From an uncultured Oscillospiraceae bacterium (lineage in GTDB: Bacteria > Bacillota > Clostridia > Oscillospirales > Oscillospiraceae): DNA of 64,000 nucleotides. Within the stretch, counting starts at the first letter, position 1; the number at the start of each line of letters is the position of its first letter. Below, piece after piece: positions 57,939-64,000 of the stretch. Made by a program: the position numbers and the translations under genes. The stretch spans positions 27,773-91,772 of the forward strand of contig CANRNU010000003.1 in assembly GCA_947632005.1 (NCBI GenBank). The letters are read 5' to 3'. The notes under the pieces were generated by a model. That model ran no database searches, was not told the DNA's origin, and saw nothing but the letters and a program-made list of their open reading frames with translations.

Positions 57939-57991
57939 CATATATTGAGAAAGCGTATGAGGACAAGCACCTACTGGAAAGGAGAAATGCA

Positions 57992-59410
57992 ATGAGTGAA
58001 GTTACTGTTCTGGACCTGGTCATCGTCGCGGCATACCTGGTGGTCATGCTGCTGATCGGCGTGCGCTTCATGAAGCGGGTGAAAAACCGCGAGGACTTCT
58101 ACGCCGCCGACCACTCCCTGGGGACCCCCGTGCTGCTGGCCACGGTCTGCGCCACCATCATCGGCGGCAGTTCCATGATGGGCCGGGCCGGTCTGGGCTA
58201 TACCAGCGGCATCGAGTGCCTGATGACCGCCCTGCCATACATGCTTGGCATGTTCCTCTTCTCCGCCTATGCCGGGCGCATCTACGACGTGGGAGAGAAG
58301 TACGGCGTCACCTCCATCCCCTCCCTGTTCGAGTTCCGCTTCGGCAAGGGGGCAAAGTACCTGATGGCCGTGCTGATCGCCTTTGCCATGATGGGCACCG
58401 TGGCCTCCCAGGTGACCGCCACAGCCACCATCATCAAGCTGCTGGGCACCAAGGTCGGCATCTCCTATGAGATGGGCGCGCTGATCGCCACCCTCATCTT
58501 CATCTTCTACACCGGCGCCTCCGGCCTGTTCGGTGTGGTCTATACGGACATCCTGCAGTTTTTCATGCTGGTGCTGTTCGTTTACATCATGGTGCCCATC
58601 TCCAGCATCTCCAGCATCGGCGGGCTGGGAAAGTTCCTCTCCAACATCGACACAAAGTACCTGATCCCCCATGTGGACGGGCGGCTGCTGGGAGATATCC
58701 TCAGCTACCTGGTGATCACCATGGCCGGGGCGGAGATGTGGCAGCGCGCCTTTGCGGCCAAGAGCCGGAAGGCGGCCAAGCGGGGGATGTTCCTGGGCAC
58801 GGCGGTGTATGCCGTGTGCGTGTGCATGATCCTGGTCATGGCCCTGGCCGCCCAGCAGCTGCTGCCGGACCTGATCGAGCAGTACGGCAACTCCGACGCG
58901 GTCATCCCCGCGCTGACCATCGTGAGCCTGCCGGCGGGTCTGACGGGCCTTTCCCTGGCCGGTATCTTCTCGGTGATGATGAGCACGGCGGACAGCTATC
59001 TGCTGGTGAGCATGCAGACGGTGGTGGACGACATCGTCAAGACCGCGAAGCCCGACCTCAGCGAGAAGAAGGAGCTGCTTCTGAGCCGGATCATGAGCGT
59101 GGTGCTGGCCTTCTCGGCCCTGGCCATCGCCCTGTATGTCCAGAGCGCGTATACCATCCTTACCACCATCTACAACTTCTACGCGGCGGCGGCGGGCATC
59201 CCGGCCCTGGCGGCGCTCTATTGGAAGAAGGCCACCAGCGCGGGCATCATCGCCTCGGTGAGCGGAGGTTTTATCACCTGCGCTTTGTGGAAGGCAGCCG
59301 GGTCCCCGCTGGGCCTGGGGCCCACCCTGCCCGGCGCGGCGGTGTGCCTGGTCCTTCTGGTGACGGTCAGCCTGGCGACCTATCAAAAGCACCCCAGCCG
59401 GGTGGCCTGA
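57992..59410 (+). CDS. Sodium:solute symporter (SSS) family transporter
   Basis: Start set at ATG 57992 behind GGAAAGGAG. 472 aa, ~13 TM. The N-terminal ...DFYAADHSLG... and ...GASGLFGVVYTDILQF... are typical SSS blocks. Confidence 0.9.
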   Translation: MSEVTVLDLVIVAAYLVVMLLIGVRFMKRVKNREDFYAADHSLGTPVLLATVCATIIGGSSMMGRAGLGYTSGIECLMTALPYMLGMFLFSAYAGRIYDVGEKYGVTSIPSLFEFRFGKGAKYLMAVLIAFAMMGTVASQVTATATIIKLLGTKVGISYEMGALIATLIFIFYTGASGLFGVVYTDILQFFMLVLFVYIMVPISSISSIGGLGKFLSNIDTKYLIPHVDGRLLGDILSYLVITMAGAEMWQRAFAAKSRKAAKRGMFLGTAVYAVCVCMILVMALAAQQLLPDLIEQYGNSDAVIPALTIVSLPAGLTGLSLAGIFSVMMSTADSYLLVSMQTVVDDIVKTAKPDLSEKKELLLSRIMSVVLAFSALAIALYVQSAYTILTTIYNFYAAAAGIPALAALYWKKATSAGIIASVSGGFITCALWKAAGSPLGLGPTLPGAAVCLVLLVTVSLATYQKHPSRVA

Positions 59411-59468
59411 CCGGAGCAGACGAAAAGGCCCCGCGCATCCCCAAACCAGCGCAGGACGGATACAGCAA

Positions 59469-59514
59469 GATCCCATCTGAACTCTCGCCGGAATTCAGAT
59501 GGGATCCCTTTTTG
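59469..59514 (+). terminator. Rho-independent terminator after the symporter gene
   Basis: 13-bp stem GATCCCATCTGAA / TTCAGATGGGATC followed by CCTTTTTG. Confidence 0.85.
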
Positions 59515-59543
59515 TCCTTCACGCCCGGGCAGGTCCGTTGGCC

Positions 59544-60335
59544 TCAAAGCGCCACCGTGGCGATGTATTCCGTGCCTTCCCCCGCGGGGATGCCCGGGTC
59601 GGAGAGGGACAGCGCGCCGCCCATGGCGTCCATGAAATGACACAGGGCGATGCCCATGTCGATCTTCTGCATATCCCAGCCAGCCTTGTCGGTGTATCCC
59701 TTGGTGTGCGCCAGGTAGAAGTGGAAGGCGCCTCCGGCCCGGACGATGCGCCAGGGCTGGGAGTTGGTGGCGGAGGGCGCCCACCGCACCATCTCCAGGG
59801 CGTCCCGGAGCTTTTCGTCCTCCGGGACCAGCGGTGTGGAAAAGTCCCGGTCAAAAAAGAGCTGTTCCGCGCTCTTTCGCTCGTCCGCCTTGACGGTCTT
59901 GCGCATGAAGCCCTCCCGGACGGACATCTTCTCCGCCGGATAGCCCAGAGGGCTGACGCAGAACATCCACTCCCTATCCTGTACGTCCGCCGCCCGCTCA
60001 AACTGCGACCGCTTCATGGTCCCCCCGATCCAGGTGGTCCCGATGCCCAGAGACCAGGCGTAAAGGACCAGCTTTTCAAAGGAATAGCCGTATGCCTCCT
60101 CGCTGTGAGGGACCTTGTCCACCTTCGCCGTCACATAGCAGCGCTCCCCCACGATCACCGGGCTGGAGAGCCCGTGCTCCTCTGCATCCAGCAGGAGAAA
60201 GCGCACCGGGATGCCGTAGGGATTCTCTATCGCCTGTATGTAGTCCCGGAGCTTGCTTTCGTCCTCCTTACGGAGCGGCCGCCCGTCAAAGGTCCGGACG
60301 CTCCTTCTCGTTTTGACCAGTTCCATCATGTCCAT
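59544..60335 (-). CDS. Nitroreductase-family protein
   Basis: MDMMELVKTRRSVRTFDGRPL... (the classic nitroreductase N-terminus) and ...APSATNSQPWR... Confidence 0.88.
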   Translation of the reverse strand: MDMMELVKTRRSVRTFDGRPLRKEDESKLRDYIQAIENPYGIPVRFLLLDAEEHGLSSPVIVGERCYVTAKVDKVPHSEEAYGYSFEKLVLYAWSLGIGTTWIGGTMKRSQFERAADVQDREWMFCVSPLGYPAEKMSVREGFMRKTVKADERKSAEQLFFDRDFSTPLVPEDEKLRDALEMVRWAPSATNSQPWRIVRAGGAFHFYLAHTKGYTDKAGWDMQKIDMGIALCHFMDAMGGALSLSDPGIPAGEGTEYIATVAL

Positions 60336-60397
60336 GTCACGTTCCCTCCCCGTCAGCCTTCCAATGTTCCTGCAAAGGGCGTCTCATCGGCGCAAAG

Positions 60398-62482
60398 CTA
60401 TGTCGCCGCGTTCCCCTTTGTCCTGATGATGATCGAGACCAGCGTCTCCGTCAGTTCAGCGATATCGACCGGCTTTGCCAGATGCCTGTTCATCCCCGCT
60501 TCAAGGGCCTTCTTCTTGTCCTCCTCAAAGGCGTTGGCCGTTAAGGCGACGATGGGAATGCCGGCCTTTTCGCTGTCTGTCATTTTTCTTATCGTCCGTG
60601 CCGCCTCGTAGCCATTCATATTCGGCATCTGGATGTCCATGATGACAAGATCGTAATATCCCGGTCCCGCCTTTTCCAGCATCTCAACGCAGACCGCGCC
60701 GTCCTCCGCCCTTTCCGACTGGATGCCCATGTCCTCCAGGATCGTCATCGTGATCTCGGCGTTCAGCTCGTTGTCCTCGGCAAGGAGGACCCGTTTTCCG
60801 ACCAGTATCGCAGCGTCGCTTTCCGTGCTCTGCTCCGGGCTCATCTGCTCCTCGGGACCCTCTGCGAGCTTTTGTGTCAGGCGGACGCGGAAGGTACTTC
60901 CCTGTCCCGGCCTGCTCTCGACTTCGATGGCGCCCCCCATCATATCCACCAGTTTCTTGACGATGGCCAGCCCCAGGCCGGTCCCGATGACCTGGCTCTC
61001 CGTGGTATTGCGCTCTCTGGAAAAGGACTCGAACATGTGCTTTTGAAACTCTTCGCTCATCCCTATCCCATTGTCGGAGACCGTGGTCTGGTAGGTGGCA
61101 TACCCGGCCTTTTCACAGGGCAGTTCTTTCAGCTCGACATGGATCTGTCCGCCTTCAGGCGTATATTTGACCGCGTTCCCGATCAGGTTGATATAGATCT
61201 GCCCGACCTTGGCCTGATCCATCATCACATATTGGTGCTCTATCTCAATGTTTTTCGTAAAGCGGATATTCTTCTTTTGGATCATCTCGGCAAACATATC
61301 CGTCAGCGCCATATCCGGATCGATGAAGTATGCCTCCTCATGGAGCGTTACTTCGCCCCTGTCCATCTGCGCCATATCCAGCATATTGTTCAGAATGGAC
61401 AGCAGGTGTTCGCCCGAATCCTCGATCTTATGAAGATAGCCGTCCCCGGCCTGCGTCAGTTCCTCTTCCTTTTCCAGCAGCCTGGTATACCCCAATATCG
61501 CATTCAGAGGCGTACGCAGGTCATGAGACATATTGCTCAAAAAATAGGTCTTTGCCACATTCGCCGCCTGCGCCGCGAGAAGCGCCTTCTCCAGCTGTTC
61601 GTGGTTCTTCGCCTGCTCCCGGTAGTCCCTTTGCACCAGCAAAACATGCTGGAATCCCGCGATCAGCAGCACGACCAACATGCCCAGTCCGAACAACAGC
61701 AGCAGATCCAGGCCGCTATACCAGCCGTCTGTGGGAGAGACCTCGAATTTCCACTGACTGTCCCCGACCTCAAACAAATACGATACGGCATCCGCCGCGA
61801 CCGTGCCGGAACCGGACACTTCCTCAAAAGTCATATCCCAGGGGGAGGCGGTCTTGGACAGCCGGTAATCATAGCCAAAGGCCGTCAGGGAGCTCACGAC
61901 CTCCGAATAGATATCCGGCACCCGGATGATCACGACCGTAAATCCCCAGAATACCTCGCTTCCGTCCTCCTGTTTCAAGTACACCGGGTTTCTGACCGCG
62001 ATGCCGTCGCCGCCTTGCTTCAGCGCAAAGGGCCCCTGGACGATCATCACATTGTTGTCCCGGGCGTATCGCGATATCTCTCCCCGATCCTCATCATGGA
62101 GCAGATCGATCTTGCCGGCCTCGTTTCCCTCTGCCGGATAGATCTCCGTCACCACACCATCCGGCGCGATCTGGATGCTCTGGATAACATCCGTCATCAA
62201 ATCCTCCGCCACGGTGGGGAAACGGTTGATATAGCCGTCATTGCTGATGATGATCTCCTCCAGCGCCTTTGTGACGCTGAGCCCATTGGCGATATCGGCC
62301 TTCATATGCTCCGCGGACGTCACCACATTCAGTTCCAGCTGCGAACGGGCCGTCGTCTCCTGATAGTGCTTATACATGGCCACCAACGAGACCGTAATGG
62401 CCGTCCCGATCAGGATCGTGAGCAGCGGGAAAACGATCTGCTTTTTTATGCTTTCCGGAGTAAATACGCCATGCCAATCCAT
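60398..62482 (-). CDS. Hybrid sensor histidine kinase/response regulator with an extracytoplasmic CHASE-like domain
   Basis: Start set at ATG 62482 behind GGGAGGGA. TM1, a ~220-aa sensor (..IQIAPDGVVTEIYPAEGNEAGKIDLLHDEDR..), TM2, HisKA SHDLRTPLNAILGY, HATPase (GTGLGLAI), and a receiver (LLAEDNELN...DLVIMDIQMPNMNG...ALTANAF). Confidence 0.9.
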   Translation of the reverse strand: MDWHGVFTPESIKKQIVFPLLTILIGTAITVSLVAMYKHYQETTARSQLELNVVTSAEHMKADIANGLSVTKALEEIIISNDGYINRFPTVAEDLMTDVIQSIQIAPDGVVTEIYPAEGNEAGKIDLLHDEDRGEISRYARDNNVMIVQGPFALKQGGDGIAVRNPVYLKQEDGSEVFWGFTVVIIRVPDIYSEVVSSLTAFGYDYRLSKTASPWDMTFEEVSGSGTVAADAVSYLFEVGDSQWKFEVSPTDGWYSGLDLLLLFGLGMLVVLLIAGFQHVLLVQRDYREQAKNHEQLEKALLAAQAANVAKTYFLSNMSHDLRTPLNAILGYTRLLEKEEELTQAGDGYLHKIEDSGEHLLSILNNMLDMAQMDRGEVTLHEEAYFIDPDMALTDMFAEMIQKKNIRFTKNIEIEHQYVMMDQAKVGQIYINLIGNAVKYTPEGGQIHVELKELPCEKAGYATYQTTVSDNGIGMSEEFQKHMFESFSRERNTTESQVIGTGLGLAIVKKLVDMMGGAIEVESRPGQGSTFRVRLTQKLAEGPEEQMSPEQSTESDAAILVGKRVLLAEDNELNAEITMTILEDMGIQSERAEDGAVCVEMLEKAGPGYYDLVIMDIQMPNMNGYEAARTIRKMTDSEKAGIPIVALTANAFEEDKKKALEAGMNRHLAKPVDIAELTETLVSIIIRTKGNAAT

Positions 62483-62896
62483 GTTCGATCCCTCCCGTCC
62501 AACGTTCATCCGGTCTGCCGACGCTGCCATTGACCGGCGCCACCGGCCTCATGGCCCACCGGCCTCCGGGCCGTTTCCCATCGCCCAAAGGCGGACCCGC
62601 TGTGCTGTCTTATCAGCACGATCCAAACGCGAAAAATATGTATTCCATAATAATTTGGAAAGATTCTCCTGTTCCCGCTATAACATATAGAACGCCGGAT
62701 TTCCATAGCGAGCCGACGATTTTCGGCGGAAACGCCGCGCGCACCAGGAATAGGCGGCCAGGCACTGGGCGGAAGTCTCGCCTCACAGTCAAAATGGCGG
62801 ACAAACGCCGACCGCGGCATAGGACCGCCATAGAGGGAAGTCATTCCCATACGGCAGGGCCTCCGGCGATGCCGGAGGTCCTGACTATATCCTTCC

Positions 62897-62933
62897 GCAA
62901 AAAATGACAGCCCCCTTACAGGAGGGCTGTCAT
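62897..62933 (-). terminator. Rho-independent terminator overlapping the GH31 stop codon
   Basis: Minus strand: ATGACAGCCC...GGGCTGTCAT followed by TTTTTTG. The TAA stop (62916-62918) lies in the loop. Confidence 0.8.
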
Positions 62934-64000
62934 CGGTTCTGTCACAGCGCCGTACAGGGCCGGCGGCAGGTCCATGGCCGTCAGGGCGGCCAGGGCGCGG
63001 GCCAGGTCCGGCGTCCGCTGCACCGTCTCGTAGACCTTCGCCTTCAGGTCATAGGATATCCGGGCCCGGTCCAGGACGTCGAAGACCTCCTGCTCCGGCT
63101 CCGGCCCGGCAGGGGCGGCGGAGAAGGCCGCGGAAAACCCCTCCCGACCGACCGTCAGCTCAAACCGGAGGTTGCGGGCGGGCCCGTCGTAGCTCCAGCC
63201 CTCCGCCGACACGAACGCCGGCATCTCCACCCCGGTCACCGTCACCTGGTACCGCCGCCCGGCGGGGATGCAGGCCGCATCCCCGGACACGGCTGCCGTG
63301 AGCCGGGCCGTCTCCCCCCAGACGAAGTCAAAATGGGTCACGGCGGGCTCCGCGCCGTACAAGCCGCTGTCCTCATACAGGTCAAAGCGCCCGTCCGCCC
63401 CTGGCCAGACGCGAAGCTCGATCAGCTCCGGATTCTCCGCGCCGTTGCTCTCTCCGTCCCCGTCCAGGGGAATAACGGCGCCCGCCGGGACCAGGACGGG
63501 GATGGTATCCAGCGCCCGGTACAACTGCAGCCGCCGGCCGCCCGTATACCGCCGGCCAGTGAAGAAGTCGTAATACTCCCCCGCCGGCAGCCAGCCGTCG
63601 AACCGGCCCATCCCCGTCTCCCGGTCGGCGGGGGCGGTGATGGGACAGACGATCATCTCCGTGCCGAACCGGTACTCGTTGGGGACCGCGTATGCCTCCG
63701 GGCAGTCGCTCTCGTAATACATGGGCCGCACCAGGGGCAGGCCCTCCCGGTGGGTCAGGTAATTCATGGAGTAGAGATAGGGTATGAGCCTCCGGCGCAG
63801 GCGCATGAACGCCGTCATGGCCCGCTCCGCCGCCGGCTCGTAATGCCATGGCTCCTTCCCGTTGAAGGCGTTGGAGGTGCTGTGCAGGCGCATGATAGGC
63901 GAGAATACGCCCAGCTGCACCCACCGGACGGCCAGCTCGTCGTCCCGGCAGCCGCCCTGATGACCGCCGATGTCGTGGCTCCACCAGGTGTAGCCCACGT
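62916..64000 (-). CDS. Glycoside hydrolase family 31 (alpha-glucosidase/alpha-xylosidase-like); 5' end outside the window
   Basis: ...YTWWSHDIGGH... (GH31 acid/base region), ...WVQLGVFSPIMRLH...EPW...; the reading frame stays open to 64000. Confidence 0.88.
   Translation of the reverse strand, partial: VGYTWWSHDIGGHQGGCRDDELAVRWVQLGVFSPIMRLHSTSNAFNGKEPWHYEPAAERAMTAFMRLRRRLIPYLYSMNYLTHREGLPLVRPMYYESDCPEAYAVPNEYRFGTEMIVCPITAPADRETGMGRFDGWLPAGEYYDFFTGRRYTGGRRLQLYRALDTIPVLVPAGAVIPLDGDGESNGAENPELIELRVWPGADGRFDLYEDSGLYGAEPAVTHFDFVWGETARLTAAVSGDAACIPAGRRYQVTVTGVEMPAFVSAEGWSYDGPARNLRFELTVGREGFSAAFSAAPAGPEPEQEVFDVLDRARISYDLKAKVYETVQRTPDLARALAALTAMDLPPALYGAVTEPMTALL

Noticed and set aside
62530-62907. 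125-aa plus-strand ORF in the 385-nt gap between the kinase and GH31 genes; also the hairpin CCTCCGGC-GAT-GCCGGAGG at 62860-62878
   Set aside because: The ORF has no RBS, an Arg/Pro/Gly-rich unnatural composition and mixed GC. The hairpin has no U-tract on either strand. I cannot support any feature here beyond the likely kinase promoter region.

Overview
High-GC (about 60-65% on hand-counted sample lines) Clostridia-type chromosomal segment from a spore former. Gene content and style fit an Oscillospiraceae-like gut anaerobe, but the taxon cannot be proven from sequence alone. I support about 58 protein genes, 1 riboswitch, and a set of intrinsic terminators and sigma-A-like promoters. No rRNA, tRNA, CRISPR array or transposase was seen. 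Most long ORFs in the six-frame track are antisense shadows of real genes, as expected at this GC content. Core content, left to right: (1) trmL plus the glycolytic operon pgk-tpiA-gpmI-eno (minus strand; eno is open at position 1 with a TTG start, so it is missing from the ORF track). (2) A tandem pair of truncated GT2 glycosyltransferases. (3) A polar amino-acid ABC importer. (4) A Liv-type branched-chain amino-acid ABC importer. (5) A stand-alone Nif11-leader/double-glycine peptide gene. (6) A PF04392-type ABC importer. (7) A long Bacillus-like syntenic block on the minus strand: spoIIIAA-AH, asp23, nusB, xseA/B, ispA, dxs, tlyA, nadK, argR, recN, tyrS. (8) A secreted repeat protein. (9) A tightly coupled operon of a heterodimeric ABC exporter, family-4 UDG, DUF2156 and GNAT. 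(10) An EF-G/Tet(M)-like GTPase fused to a Rae1/YacP NYN nuclease domain. (11) An AT-rich islet of about 0.8 kb and a six-hairpin GC-rich element. (12) ylmH. (13) A 1157-aa surface amidase with 522-bp tandem repeats. (14) spoVAD-spoVAEb. (15) DUF3842, a PfkB kinase, a sugar transferase, a polysaccharide deacetylase, a MATE pump and tex. (16) A c-di-AMP riboswitch controlling a sodium:solute symporter. (17) A nitroreductase, a CHASE hybrid histidine kinase, and a partial GH31 glycosidase. The best candidates for new biology are the GTPase-NYN fusion (40510-43068), with ylmH about 1 kb downstream, and the orphan Nif11-type peptide (14849-15157). All family assignments come from reading motifs by eye. 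No database search was run.
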